A stretch of 62,886 bases of DNA, counting the filler, from Choristocarpus tenellus KU-1152 (lineage: Eukaryota; Protista; Phaeophyceae), in assembly GCA_964200185.2 (NCBI GenBank). It is 10 parts of 10 records of this genome, joined end to end, with 100 filler letters (N's around TTAATTAATTAA, not from the genome) between each part and the next. Parts side by side here need not be neighbours in the genome. Positions count along the whole stretch, not along the records: positions 1 to 18,163 come from CAXNAD020000576.1; positions 18,264 to 24,880 come from CAXNAD020007738.1; positions 24,981 to 31,590 come from CAXNAD020007758.1; 7 more parts are not named here. One strand, 5' to 3'. This document shows, piece by piece, positions 12,060 through 25,370 of this stretch. A program made the translations under genes and the position numbers. Each line of letters starts with the position of its first letter. Positions within the stretch are counted from its first letter, which is position 1. Below the pieces are notes generated by a model. The model was given only the letters and a program-made list of their open reading frames with translations. It was not told where the DNA came from and made no database searches.

Positions 12060-12720
12060 TCATACCTACCTCACTTGATGACGATGATGATGCCTGATGT
12101 CCCCATCATCACTATCGTTGCTGTTTCCTGAAGGAGGTTGTTGTTTTGAAGGTTTAACCCCGCTCTTCCCCTTCTTGTATTGTCCAAAGGGCTTACGTGA
12201 TTCCTGTTGATTGGCGTTTCCCTCAGCATCATTTCCATTCTTGTCCTCCTTCTCATTGCTACCATCACGGGTAATTGTTAGGAAAGTCTGAGACCTTAGA
12301 GGTTGAACCCTGCCCTTCCCTTTCTTATTGCCCCTGGAGAGGTAATGTCATTCCTGTTGACTTGTCCTGGCCTCAGTGTCGTTTCCACTCTTCCCACTTT
12401 CATCACTGCTGTCATCATTAGTGGAGGAGTCTGAGTGATAGAAAGCTCTAACCCCATCCTTCACTTCTTATTGCGCCCAGAGGGGTTATGCGATTTCTGC
12501 TGACGCTTCCTGACCTCAACTTCGCCTTCATCCTCGTCCTGGTGAACGTCGCCTCCGCCACTTCAATGCTCTTCCTGTACCTTCTGTTCCTCATCATCTT
12601 CGCCTTGACCTCTTGAATCGTCTTCATCCTCACCCACAGCATCATCCTTGGTAGAAGTTTAAAAGCGTCTGATCTTTCAAAGGTGGGACAAGACATGAAG
12701 ATTGTGGTCCACATCATGAA
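12060..12720 (-). pseudogene. Decayed coding-like segment, acidic, with three diverged ~145-150 bp repeats
   Basis: Minus strand reads DDAVGEDEDDSRGQGEDDEEQKVQEEH*... with stops and frameshifts. Repeat cores at about 12156, 12306 and 12450. Confidence 0.35.
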
Positions 12721-12786
12721 GAAGGTTTAAGGCTGGAGTGTGTATGGTCATAACATGCCCCCCAGATCGGTATGAGTTAAAGAAGT

Positions 12787-13014
12787 GAGAGGTACCCAGA
12801 GTTGCATCTTAAGGATGCCAGCAAATATGTGCAAAATTCGGCTTTTTTTACAAATGGGCATAGGATAATTCCGAATTGTGTCGAAATTTTCCAACAAAAG
12901 AGAAATCAACCTTCTCAACTCAAACTTAGCACTTCATTCATAGAAATATGTGTGGGTTGCAGACGAGAAAAAGAGTGTCTTAAATTCAAAACGACCAAAA
13001 TTTGGGTACCTCTC
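12787..13014. mobile_element. MITE family D (TIR GAGAGGTACCCA)
   Basis: 12-bp TIR GAGAGGTACCCA...TGGGTACCTCTC; a diverged homolog lies at ~48630-48858. Confidence 0.7.
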
Positions 13015-15741
13015 GTTTACTTTGACTCCTTGGAAGTTGGTCATTCTGGCTAGCATCATCCCGTTGACTTTCTTGAGGATATCGTCCTCCTGGTGTACCA
13101 CCACCCTGTGATGGCATCCCGTTCCTACCATACTAAGGAGCGTAACCTCGTCATCAACTGAGGAAGGACGAAATATATGCAGAGAAAAATGGTTGAAGAG
13201 AGTGCGCGAAGGAGGTGTGATGTTTATGGCCACAAGGGGTTTGTTAGTCGATTGGAAATGTTGAACGTCAATTACAAGCGAGTACTTACACCATGTTTGT
13301 TGTGGGTTTCCTTCCATACGGAGACTAGATTGCATTGCGAATATAGATAATCTATCAAAATACCAAACATTACAGATTTGCACAATATTATAGGTAACAG
13401 TCAATCTATCTGCACAGTCAGTAAGGGCAATCTGTGCAAATATGAAACATTACAGCTTTGTTTGCATACAAAAAGTAAGAATCGGATGGAAATACAGGCA
13501 GGCTGTTCTGAACTATTGCAGGTTGAACGGAAAAATATGCAATGCCAAATTGGATCAAGGATTTGCAGAGAGAGAGGGGTGATCGGAGCAAATCTGAAAC
13601 ATTACCGACTACAACAATTAGCAAGAATGGAGAGAGAGGGTGCAAGAGCAATGGAAGTAATTGAAAAACTCCATCCCAAAGCACGGGCGGGCAAGCCTTA
13701 CCTGCGCCATTTTTTAACTTGGCGTAGTGATACATCCTTTAAGATTTTGACAGTTTGAGGAAGGCATCACCTTCATCCACCTCTTAGAGCAAGAGAATTC
13801 TCTTCACCTGTTTATTTTTCAATATTTAAACGAAGAGTTTTGTATGTTAGTTTGCTTCATGACAAGTTGACCTTGATTGTCAAGAAATAATAATGAATTG
13901 CAAATCGTACGGAGTTAGGAATAATGAAGTCGAATCATAATAAGAATGTTCTGAGTGGTACCAGTATAGATAGGACATTGGTCGCATTCTTTTTCTTTTT
14001 CGTTGCCTTTCCTTTACCGCTGTACATATATGCCTTCACATTCCTCTTCTGATAATGATCCAAACTCATCTTTCTTTTTCTGAGTTCCTTAGCTATTTTC
14101 AGCACTATTACTCCGTAGACTGCCCCCTGATAATCGCGATTTTAATATACATTCTCCTCAGATACGCACATCTTTGTTTGCCAGTATTGAGGGGCACAGC
14201 TTCAATCTCCTCTTCCTCATTGCTAAGAGTTGAGCTGACTGCCTAGGCTTTGAACTTTCCCGGTATACTTTTGTTCTCTTCCATCCTCTTGGTAGGCGTC
14301 TTTATTCTTGATAATATGGTTTCTTACACCCCAAAATGTGTTGAAAAATACATGGAGGGGAAACTTCGGTCGCCCCTACATTAAAAACTACTAGCGAAAA
14401 TGTAAGTAGATGGTGTTGGTCGAATGACCAAAGATAGGAAATTTTGAGATAGGCATGTCAGCAGGAAAATGAGAGAGGAGGATTACCCACTCATTCAGAC
14501 AACTGTCATTCCCAGAGATGTACAAGAGCAATAATAGTGTATCCGAAGTAAGGCTTGTGCAGCCTGCTCTGAGAAATGTTTACAGACAATTCAATCATAT
14601 CTGACCAACCGTGATCTCGAGGCGTCTCTCCGTGCAAAATATTTAGCCCCTCGCCCGTCAAACATCCTGGCACATGCAAACGAAGTACGTCTCTAATAGT
14701 TGCCAAGATTTTAGAGTAGATAATTGTGAAGTGAAATATGTTGTGAGAGTATTGTTTGCATTATTGTAGGTACCGTGCCATGGCAGGCTCCACAACTTGA
14801 AGAGAGGCAAAAACTATCATTACTCTGACAGACATGAAACGAAAGAAGAGGAGTCCACGAAGCCCCGCCTTCCATCATGCAGGTCCTCAAATCGTTTATG
14901 CCCTTCCATTTAGAGCACAACAAGAGTTGTTGACTACCCAATATGTTGGAGAGTGTGTCAGCTACATCATATTCGCTACTCTCTACGTTGCCTAAGATAT
15001 GCCCTTTTCACTTTGAGGAGGTTTAGGTCGTAATCTTTCCAAGAGGAAACCGAAGTTGACGCGTTTGATGGTGTCAGCCACTGTACGCTGGGTAACCATG
15101 TGACACTGTGTATGGTCCCGTTTGGAGTCTAGCAGTGTTTCTTTGGGGAAAAATGTAGATAGAGATTTGCAAAGGGAAAAAGTAGACACGTACTTGAAAT
15201 ATACTTGGGGAAGTAGTAGATTGGCAAATGGTCATCTCCCTGTGCGTGATGTGCCACAAAAACGCCGATCCAAGATGAAGGTGAAAAACTTTAAAGGATT
15301 CGAGGGAGGAAAGGAAGCTAGAAGTGGTGGGAATGCTGAATACAATGCGCGAGGCAAGTACCGATGCAGAAACAGAGGTACTACAATAGTCGTGGTGCAG
15401 TATTTAGTAGATAGTAGTGCAATGGTTAGGGTTTGTGCCTCTAACCATAGGACGGGATCATCCCCAACTTTTGTGAAACGAATAATAATAATAAATAGAC
15501 GCAAAAAAAGTAGTAACAGGAACTTCGTCAACCAACCAAGCAAGGGGTACAAATCTTTTTACACTGTTTATACTTCCGATAGCAGGTGACCAGAAATATA
15601 GAGTATCATTTCCCCTCAACAAATTCAAACATGTTCCCTGACAGAATATACCACTATCATCTTGAGAGTGCCTACTACAAACCTCCATCTCTTCCAAACA
15701 TCAAGAATACAGCATTCACCTTTTCCAAAGCAGTGTGAATT

Positions 15742-15929
15742 GACCCAAAGTATCTGGGGAGGGAGGGGGGGTCTACACAAGGTTGCCCATTTGGGCCATT
15801 ACCAGGAAAAGTTCACTTTCATTATCCATCCTACGCATGGAATCAAATCACCCACAAATCGAGACATAAATACATGAAAAAATTGGCCCCAAATCGACAG
15901 CCGCCACCCTCCCCCAGATACTTTTAGAC
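15742..15929. mobile_element. MITE family B (TIR CAAAGTATCTGGGG, G/C-run subtermini)
   Basis: Termini CAAAGTATCTGGGG...CCCCCAGATACTTT. Internal sequence is shared with ~21545-21678 (opposite orientation). The same terminus occurs at contig edges 18142-18163, 18264-18314 and 31569-31590. Confidence 0.7.
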
Positions 15930-17258
15930 ATCGCCTTCTTTGGACCACCTCAAACACGGATTTTTGGAGCCTCTTCAAACCAACAATATTACACATACAG
16001 TATATTATTCTAATCTTTATTTACCCAACTACTACCACAATGATGAAACTTACGTAACAACCGAACACACCAATCATATCTACTTCTCCTTAACCAAAGG
16101 TGGATCTTCTGAGTGAACTGCTCCAGGATCCAACAAAACAGTACTAAGATAGTCATCCAGTTGCTAATTCCTGGTCGGCTCAAGGTTGACCAATAAGCAC
16201 TCACAGTTGCACCATAACAGTGGACATCTTGGGATGAGATGGTTTTCTGGGCTTGAAAGCACAGTGAAATGATGCATTATGGTCATGCAAACATGATACA
16301 CTGCAGTTCAACATGGTCAAGAACAGCTCATCTCTTTCACACTCCATGCATAAAAAAAAATACATCTCAGGTTTCTTGATCAAATTTATTTTGTTAGCTA
16401 CCACAAAAGGGATAAGTGAATACAAGTGTGAACCGTTACTACAAAACACCAGAGAAGGTGCATACGGTAGACTAGCTAACCTACCTGGCTGGTACAGTAC
16501 TAACAAGGAGGCCCCCACAAAGTGAGGGAGGTGAGCGACCTCAGCTTTTATCGGCTAAGGTAGCTATATATACTTGTACAACAGTTACTACTTTAGCCGG
16601 CAAGTCCAAAGACACGTACATGTACTGATATATGTCATACTCAATCTCTCATTTCTCTTCTTCCTGTCCTCTTGATCTTCACTTGCTGTGTTGTTCACAT
16701 AACAAATAATCCATCCAAAGCAGGGTTTGGCATCACATATCTTACCCTAGCCATGCGGTTTGTCCCCACAGTGCCAAAACCTTCAGCGTAAGTGGGGAAA
16801 ACACTATCAATACTGCATACAGTACCCAGCTTGCCATGTCAAAAAAATGTATGGTTTACGTGAACCAAGCAAGATACCACAAGCCAAAATAATGCTTCTA
16901 CAAGCCAGAAAGAGTATAGCTACCAAGGACAGTGTGCCCTTGGCCTTTCCCAACTCACCCCAACATAGAATACATACACCATGTTAGTGCCCTGCACATA
17001 GATTCCACCAAATTTATCAAGAGTGTGCAGAGTAGTACCAAAAACATACAAATACCACACTAACTGCGTGATCTAACAAAGCTTTGTCACTATTAAAAAA
17101 AAGTTGTTCTACGCACAATCCAACAATTCTCTTTGAAGATGTCGTGCAGAATGCACAAAAGGTTGGCAAACTGATCAGTTCAGCACAGAATGGACCGACT
17201 CCAACCAAGAGCAGACAGCACAGAATCAATCCTTCCCAAAGTGAAGGCAAGCAAGTCA

Positions 17259-17866
17259 TCAGGCCTCGCCCCCGGCCATCACGCACTCAAGGGTAGCCCT
17301 TGCCCCCTTGGTACAGATGGCCTTGAGGTGATCCTGTCAAAAATTGAGAGATGGGGTGGCAATAACGTGAGAAGTGCATCTTCCACAAAAATATACCACT
17401 GTAGGGTTGACCGAAATTAACCAAGTACAAGTTGGGGTGTTACTGACAAAAAAATCTCATATTTTCAGACACATTGTGGGCTGCGGGGTATTTTGGGAGA
17501 GGAAGCCTCGACCCAAACCATAGTCAAGTCCAAGAAGCAAGTGAGCATGGAGACGTTATTTACCACTGATTAAAAAAAAGAGTCAGGAGCTGATGTTAAA
17601 AAGGAGAATATGACCATGCTAAGACTTCCAGAGGAATATTTATGCACCAATAGGAACTACAATCACACGCATTAGGTTGAAAAAGAAATCTGCACCACAT
17701 GCAAACACACCTTCAGTGTTGACATAAAGCCATCCAGCGCCACTATCTCTTCTCCAAACACCTCCAAAATGTACTTCTCAGGCCTGGGTTCCTGAGTACC
17801 ACTTGCAACACCCTCCAGTGCTTCCAGAGCAAGCACCTTCAGCTTGTCAGCCAAGGGGTCCTTGAT
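17259..17866 (-). CDS. Probable mannitol 2-dehydrogenase (long-chain mannitol dehydrogenase family), last two exons, 5'-truncated
   Basis: Exons 17866-17711 (IKDPLADKLK...EVFGEEIVALDGFMSTLK) and 17333-17259 (DHLKAICTKGARATLECVMAGGEA*), GT-AG, phase 0. The DPLAD.L...VFG...F...GARATL pattern is typical of the mannitol dehydrogenase C-terminus. Confidence 0.62.
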
Positions 17867-18163
17867 CTGAAACAAGTTTAGTGAAGTTGTCAGTATATTA
17901 CTTTAAAGCATTAAAATCCCATTGCATTCTAAAGCAGTATCATTTTGGATGACGATGACAACTTGAAATAGATGACCTTGACTGTGACCACAGATTGTTT
18001 TGTCAAGTTTCAGAGTGAAGAAGGAAGACCAATAAATATTGATGTGAAAGGACAGAATGCTTCCCATCGCCTGGGCTGTTCAGTGTCTTGGTGGGCTTGA
18101 AAAAACACACAAGAATGGGTTTCGCACTACAACTGTATGCTAGACCCAAAGTATCTGGGGGGG

Positions 18164-18263
18164 NNNNNNNNNNNNNNNNNNNNNNNNNNNNNNNNNNNNN
18201 NNNNNNNTTAATTAATTAANNNNNNNNNNNNNNNNNNNNNNNNNNNNNNNNNNNNNNNNNNNN
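18164..18263. other. Artificial contig linker (N44-TTAATTAATTAA-N44), first of nine
   Basis: Identical 100-bp spacers with stops in all frames at 18164, 24881, 31591, 35111, 39179, 44268, 47174, 52633 and 57399. Separate 10-N gaps at 26398 and 55903. Confidence 0.98.
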
Positions 18264-18729
18264 AAGAGGGGGTGAACGACGGACCGCGCCCCCCCCCCCC
18301 CAGATACTTTGACCCTATCCCTCTGAAGCAATCTTGCTTTTTTCACTCTGTATTGCCACAAGAAGTATACAACAATATAAATTTCAAATGAAAGCTTATG
18401 ACAAGACGTATTGAAGGTTTGTATGCAGGAATGTACTACCTCCAGTGAACGGGACCTATGCCCCAATCAAAGAATGGCAAAAACGTGGGGGAACATACAA
18501 TTTTGATTGGTCACAACCTCAAAATGGAAAGTTTATGAAGTAATCTGAGTTTTGTCGGCAGAAGAATTCTGGTGGGTTAGGGGAACAGGACAAGGTAAGG
18601 GGTAGAGAGAAGAATAAGAAGTTAAGAAGGGTACGAATAGTTAAGAATTGACTGGCTAAGAGAGTGGGGAGAGAGGTTAAAGAAATGAGTGGTAGAAGGA
18701 AGGAGGGGGGAAAGGAATAGTCAGTACTT

Positions 18730-19020
18730 CAAAAGATTGCTGGGCTCAATGAGGAAATGTAATAGATAAGACTCTAACACTGCGAATCCTGTACGTGTGT
18801 ATGAACGACGGGAAAGACCTTCAAAAGGCACTTGAGATGGAAGCAGGATATGCGATGGTCAGGTCGGAAACTGTGAGTAAATGGGAAAGAGACTTCCTAA
18901 CTAAGGGCCACATCAAGGTGTTGGAGCAAGGGCGCGATGAGAGGCGTTTCGTTCTGGGCCTCGATGAGGACATCCTTGGCGAGGTCAAAGAGTGGGTGCC
19001 CGAACACACAGGAAGAAAAG
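18730..19020 (+). mobile_element. N-terminal fragment of a Tc1/IS630-like DDE transposase
   Basis: TVSKWERDFLTKGHIKVLEQGRDERRFVLGLDEDILGEVKEWV...KG resembles the N-terminal W..DF...G......G.H......DED.....W motif of transposases whose C-terminus ends in KSHRR. Confidence 0.5.
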
Positions 19021-19884
19021 GTGGGGAGGTTTCCCCCCCTCCTAAACCAAGTATTAGTTATCTGCTGCCACTCTTGGTGACCTACAATCCAGGGTTCGAA
19101 CCCCAGTATGAGTGGTCTTTCTTCAAAAAAAGAAAAAATGACGAGAAAAAAAAACGAAGCCCGTGCTCTATGGAGGGCCTTGTGACGGGCATTACGAATA
19201 TGCTTTTATTTTTTTTAATCTGATGTCTACATCAAACGTTATGACGGGACAACCCCAGAGGCATAGGCTATTGGTACCACTATATATATACAAAGTACTA
19301 CATGCATACTGTTTCCTGCCCATTCCATTGCCTAGTTTCGTTGGTTGTTCGCTCACTACTATCTGGGATGGTGCAATAGGGGGGCTATTTGTTGGTGTTC
19401 TGTACTACAACTAACTCCCACCGTGCATAACTCTTTCACTACATACTGTTGTTCTAATAGTAAGTTGTACATACAACAGTGATTCGAGGATAACGACGTA
19501 TAGCAATAACAGCAACAAATACAATGGGCGTACCGATATAAGAGAGGGTAGGGAGAAGGGGAAAAAAACTCAAAAACCTCGCCTATTATATCCCCATCCT
19601 CTCTAATTAGATGTAAGAGCGCTTTTCTCTTGAAACGAATGATCTTATATCGAGTAAACAGTACTCATACACGTTATACTTGTCCCCAAACGATAAAAGA
19701 GCGAAGACCTTCTGTTTGTGGTTCCCATGTGCCTTCAAGAGTAGTTACATGTAAATATGTATTGAACATTGCCCTCGGTGAGCCCATTTCGATGAAGCTG
19801 TGGTGGTGCAGTATGCACCACATCTACACCACCCCTCCACAGTATACCAGTGCCATATGAATACAGTACTATAACTTGGGTAGA

Positions 19885-20143
19885 GAGTGCAAGTATCTTA
19901 GAGGGTACGAGTTTTGTCCTCTTTGTCCATTTGGAGCTTGGCTTCCCTCGGGGTTTTTTATGACTTTTTCCTACTCCAAAATATTTCGGAGTGGGCAAAA
20001 TGTACACGTTATGAAAAGGTGTGCCCGCAACAAGGATATTGACACTTCCTAACAAATGCGATAGGTGAAATTGCATCAAAATCCCAACATTGGATTTTGA
20101 CCCCCAAATGGACGCGGCTCTACCCTCTAAGATCCTTTGGCTC
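19885..20143. mobile_element. MITE family A, full copy (GAG...CTC termini, TIR core AAGTATCTTAGAGGGTA)
   Basis: 259 bp, flanked by TAGA on both sides (19881-19884 and 20144-20147). Other copies: 53973-54232, 24981-25161, 47110-47173 and a diverged one at 45520-45776. Confidence 0.85.
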
Positions 20144-21544
20144 TAGAATTAAACTCATTACGATGTATTCGCTCATATGTATACTACACCTTCCCAAGAA
20201 AAGCATCCGCAAGCCGTTGATGGCTGGACAGACGACTTGCACTTCAATTCAAATCAACGTTCAAAGCCAATCTCCCTTCGATGCCCTGCCTTACGTATTC
20301 AATTGTACTCTACAAGGATATTATTCAGTACAGTATCAAAAGCTCCACTGTGGATCAAATAGAGCTACACCGCCATGCAATTTACCCTCTCTTGTATCCT
20401 TTTTCTCTTATATCGACCTGTCTTATTCCATCCGCTACATGCCGTGAATTGAAAAGGAAGATAATAGAAATAAAATGGTTAATGATGAACATAATTAAAA
20501 ATGGTGGTGGTGATATAAACGAAGTACTGCTTACCATTAATACTACATTTAATAATAAGTGATTTTCCCTGTGACACATTTATTTGTAAAATCTCAGAGG
20601 GCATAATAACAAATAGTAAGTGATGATGTCGGTGGAGACAACTACAAACATTATTCATTACCCTACCTACTAAGGACAGCAACAAGGAATGAGAACGAAT
20701 GAACCAAGACACTTCCCGTCAATATATTAACAATATCACGAATGAACCAAGACATTATTGTCCGTCGAATGTTCTACTACTCCTAATATTACCCCAAATA
20801 CGTTGAGGTGATTACTGCCTGCAACTTGGCAAATATGGTCGTATTTTTGTACAAAGAAATACCCTCCTAATAGTAGTTTGACATGTTGGAGCTGTAAGTA
20901 GGGGACATTTACCAGTGGTCAAAATCGTAGGGGCTCGTTCTCATCAAATAGTTGATTACCGATTTTCAACTGGTGCTGTTGAAGTATCCAGGTGGTAAGT
21001 GCGCTTTATAGAGCCCCTGCCACCTCCCTTTCCTCACGGACATACAATTGAGTCCTGTGCGAGCTTCCCCCTGTCGTGACTTGGGGATGGGGGGGAAGAC
21101 TGAGCTTGTCAGATCACACAACCAAAATTACATCAAGGTCCGAATGAGAGATATGTAACATCCATCTAACATTTATAATACCACTCCCAGCACTACAGGG
21201 GCTGCTTTTACTCAACATACCACACATCCAATGAGTATTTATATAGTAGTAATTTTTTTTATAGCACCGAACATCAATCCCGGCCCATTATTATCACCAT
21301 GTACTATTTACTGGTACATAATATAATGGGTTTTTTTTAATGTATGCTTTCATTTTTCAGTATCTTATTGATGTTGTATGTTTAGAGAAGTTGTGGAGGT
21401 AGAACTGGCATTATGGGCAATCTACACCATGCTTCAAGCACATTCACATGCATCCATGCATGCTTACTCATGGGCAAGAAGTCAACAATATAGAAAACCT
21501 GCCTATAACATATTTGGGATGGGGAGAGATATTGATGACAGGTT

Positions 21545-21678
21545 ATTCTTGGGCGATTTGATTGCGTATGTCGGATGAATAATGTAAACACACTTTTCCT
21601 GATTTTGCCCCAAATGGACACCCTGGTTTAGCCCCCCCCCCCCCCCCCCCCCCCCCCCCCCTGCAGATACTTTGGGTT
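21545..21678. mobile_element. MITE family B, partial copy
   Basis: Reverse complement matches 15742-15929 (CAAAGTATCT, poly-G, CCATTTGGG..CAGGAAAAGT..CATCC..AATCAAATC). Confidence 0.65.
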
Positions 21679-23310
21679 TCTGTACTGCGTGGAGATCCCG
21701 ATTTACCAATAGTACGGCGAGAGACTGAAAGTGGGATGAGATTTAACAATAGACGTTTTCAAAGTGGGATGAGGAACTGAATATTCTGACACCACATCCC
21801 CTTTAGCGCCTGGATGCATCGAACTACATGTGAACTGTCGGATCAGACCCATTGCCTAGGAGCAAAGTGTATTGACACAAGGACTAAATGAATGTGCGGC
21901 ATGGCCATCATGTCAGCAATACACCCATCCCTATGCCAAGGAAGGGGTTGTTCTCTGCCTTATCACTGAAAGGGATAGAGTGGTCTTGAGGTGACAAAAC
22001 CAAGCACTGCAGTGCAGTAATAGGGAGTGTCAGGTTTACTGGAGTCGTTCGTTCAGTCTGATATCGATGATATTGGAACCTTTCGAGAGATCAATCCAGT
22101 CTCAGATGACAGCCCACCTCACAAAACAAGTCCCTTCATTGCCCCTCTTTTATCATCACAACAAGAAGCTACCCACTTCCTGCTATGTTTGTTGCCTCAG
22201 GAGTGAGAACCAGTCCATATCCTTTACCTTTCAGTGATAAAGGAAAGTAGCGCATACCATACTTGAATCAGGAAAAAAAAGACTTCAACACTCAAGAGGG
22301 TACACCTCCCAGATGCTCTTCACCCATGATTTCACTCCCTTTTTTCTTTTTTTTTACTGAATAAGTTACACACGCCCAGGCCAGGATCACAAACCACAAA
22401 TATAAAACCTATACCCGGGAGCCCAAACCACTAAAAAAAGGTACAGTGCGAGGACAACTAATTAGCCAACTCTTGGGTTTAACGACTGATGTCACACAAC
22501 CAACCGCACGAGGGACCTCTTGTCCTTGGCAAAAGGTGAAGGGGGGCATGCCGGTACTTAGAAGTTGGTTTACTCTGAACACACTAACAAAAATGAACTG
22601 CCCGGGATCACCTACTTGATTATTTTTTCTTTCTATTTTCCCCAAAACATAAAAAACCAGAGCGGACTCAAGTCAAGTAGCTGGGTGCCAAAAAGATTTC
22701 CAGACTCAACATTACAAACGTATTCTAGCACCTACAAGTCCATTGGAGGAAACAAACTCCGACACATACAGAAGGAACAACAGAGTGTGGGGGGCAGGGG
22801 GCTTGCAATACACTTGATTGTGTCTAGTACATAATTGCCTACCAACCAACTCAATCTCAGAGCACCAAAACTGGAGCACCAAGCAGAGAAGAAACATCGC
22901 TCTATTCAAAGAAGAGAAAAAAGATGTAGGAAGGGATTCGCATAGAGCAAGTCTGTCTCACACACATTAGAATTTAGTCAGCAAAAGTGCGTAGAGATTC
23001 CAGGATTAAACTAAAACCCCACAACCGTGACTACAACCAACCAAAACTAACATCAAAACAGGATTTGCTCATACTATCACTTTCCATTGGCATGATTTAT
23101 CAATAAATACCAAACCTCACCCATTGCTTGAGATATTCAGCACCAACTACACACTCAGAACACTTCAAACAAGCTCAGCAAGGCATGGACAATAAAATAA
23201 ATGTACTCCAGGAGCAAACCAAGGAAGGTGATGTACCAAACACAAGGGTGCTATCCTTCAGGCTTCTCTTCATGGCACCAGCGGTGTGTCTTGTACCAAA
23301 GTTACTAAAG

Positions 23311-24348
23311 TCAATCTGTGAGCTCCTTGAACTTGAGCTCTGACACCTCAAATCCTGGCATGGGCCAACACTTTGCAAATGCAGTAACCTCATCACCAAG
23401 GGCCTTGACATCCTCATCCTCCTGCACCATCAAAGGAAAATCATAACACACACAAACACATGAAATCAAGCTAATTGATTGCAAATCCCACCAGACTCAG
23501 AGGTGGAGTGTGAGGAAACGGAAAGGTCAAGGGTGATGGCACATGCTTCATCTAAGAGATAATGAACAATTACAAGTTTAGCAATCAGACAAAATATGCA
23601 AGTCCAATGCCTCTGTGAAACCAAACTACGCCAAAGTTTCACATGTTAAACCTAATCTCTTTGCTACCAACCAATTTGAATAGCATTTCACATTGGAGTG
23701 AGTATTTTCATCACCTTAATAATCTTACCGCCTTCTTAGCCTATAATCTAAGAATGACAGTCGATGCACAACACGCACTATCTTTACAAAAAATACACAA
23801 CCAAACCAAACAAATGCCTTGCACCTGCCTTGTGAAATGAAAGGTTGATGAGCGTATATGATATAGACTACAAAAAATAGATCGTCAACTTCAGTTAAAA
23901 GGCATGCAATGTGCTGAGCACCAAAAAGGAAGTTGTAGCATACCTCACCAAGTACCCAAGAAATCAACCAATCAAATCTACCCTACCTCCACAAGTTTCA
24001 ATGCCACATTATTCAAGATACAAATGATTGCAGTTAGTTCTATTCCAACACCACAAAATATACTAGGTGGGGTGTTCCAGAAGTACAAACAAGCATAGCT
24101 CTACTTTCAATAAAAAAAACGGAAACTTTCCCCTGAAGACAGTGCCACTGTATAGCTCTACTCACCTCTAGTGCCGCAACAAACTGCTTGAGCATTTTCC
24201 CAGAAGATTCTTGGATCTTCAGAGCAATTTTCAAGGCCCTGTCCATGAAATCAGCAATCTGCCTGAACTCAGCCTCCTTCATGCCCCTTGTTGTCAGGGC
24301 AGGCGTTCCCACACGAACGCCTCCAGGTGAAATTGCCGAGCGGTCACC
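23311..24348 (-). CDS. SHMT: Serine hydroxymethyltransferase, last two exons (5' part beyond the contig end)
   Basis: Exon 24348-24166 GDRSAISPGGVRVGTPALTTRGMKEAEFRQIADF...; exon 23421-23311 EDEDVKALGDEVTAFAKCWPMPGF...*; GT-AG, phase 0. Confidence 0.93.
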
Positions 24349-24980
24349 CTGAACCAAAAGTCACCCAAGAAAGATGAGACATTGCGAACATATATGTAAT
24401 CAGACCACTGCACAACAGCAGTATACAAGGAGAGGCTACATCCATCTCTCACCTACCTGTCTTCTCATGGCACAATTATATATAATATATATATTATAAT
24501 AAAGTTCCTACTTGACACCCATCAGCACTGAAAGTGTAAGCCAACAACCAAAAATTGGACGAACCACCCGGTGCATCTAGAGCATGTCTTCTATATCTAT
24601 CAAAATTTACAGGGGCTGGGTAGGTGGCAAGGCCCTACAGATATTTGAGCATGTCAACCCTCAACCCTAACCCTAACCGAAATACAATTATGTTGGGTGG
24701 TGATGTCTTGTTTGCTGTCTGCTCTACTGTCCTCAATAGGCAACAATCTCAGCATACTATACGAACACAAGTGCACTTTACTCAAACCAACCAAAACAGA
24801 TACCTAAAATGTAAACACATTACTTTTAATAATTAAAAAAAACTCTCTACCACACTCCCTATACTTCAAGATGGGGGGGGNNNNNNNNNNNNNNNNNNNN
24901 NNNNNNNNNNNNNNNNNNNNNNNNTTAATTAATTAANNNNNNNNNNNNNNNNNNNNNNNNNNNNNNNNNNNNNNNNNNNN

Positions 24981-25161
24981 CTATCGTGTTTGTTAGGAAG
25001 TGTCAATATCTATGTTTCAGACACACCTTTTCATAAGATATACATTTTATCTACTCCGAAACATTTTTGAGTAGGAAAATGTCATAAAAAAACCCCATGG
25101 GAAGCCAAGCCCCAAATGGACAAACAGGGAAAAATTCGTACCCTCTAAGATACTTTCACTC
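24981..25161. mobile_element. MITE family A, right half (cut by the contig start)
   Basis: Closely matches 54052-54232 and ends in TACCCTCTAAGATACTTTCACTC. Confidence 0.8.
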
Positions 25162-25370
25162 TAATCGAGATATATCTTTTTTTGCCTGTCTATTGACCGC
25201 TGGAAACATTTCGGAAGTTTCCAGCGGTACTCGACGACAGGAGAACAGTCCGTACCGCATCTAAAACTCGTCGTATCGTTTGAATATTCAACCCACGCAT
25301 GACGGAAGAAACACAAATCTGTATTTCCAGCGGTTCGAAAATAATGAATATTTTGGGGTACAGAAAACAC

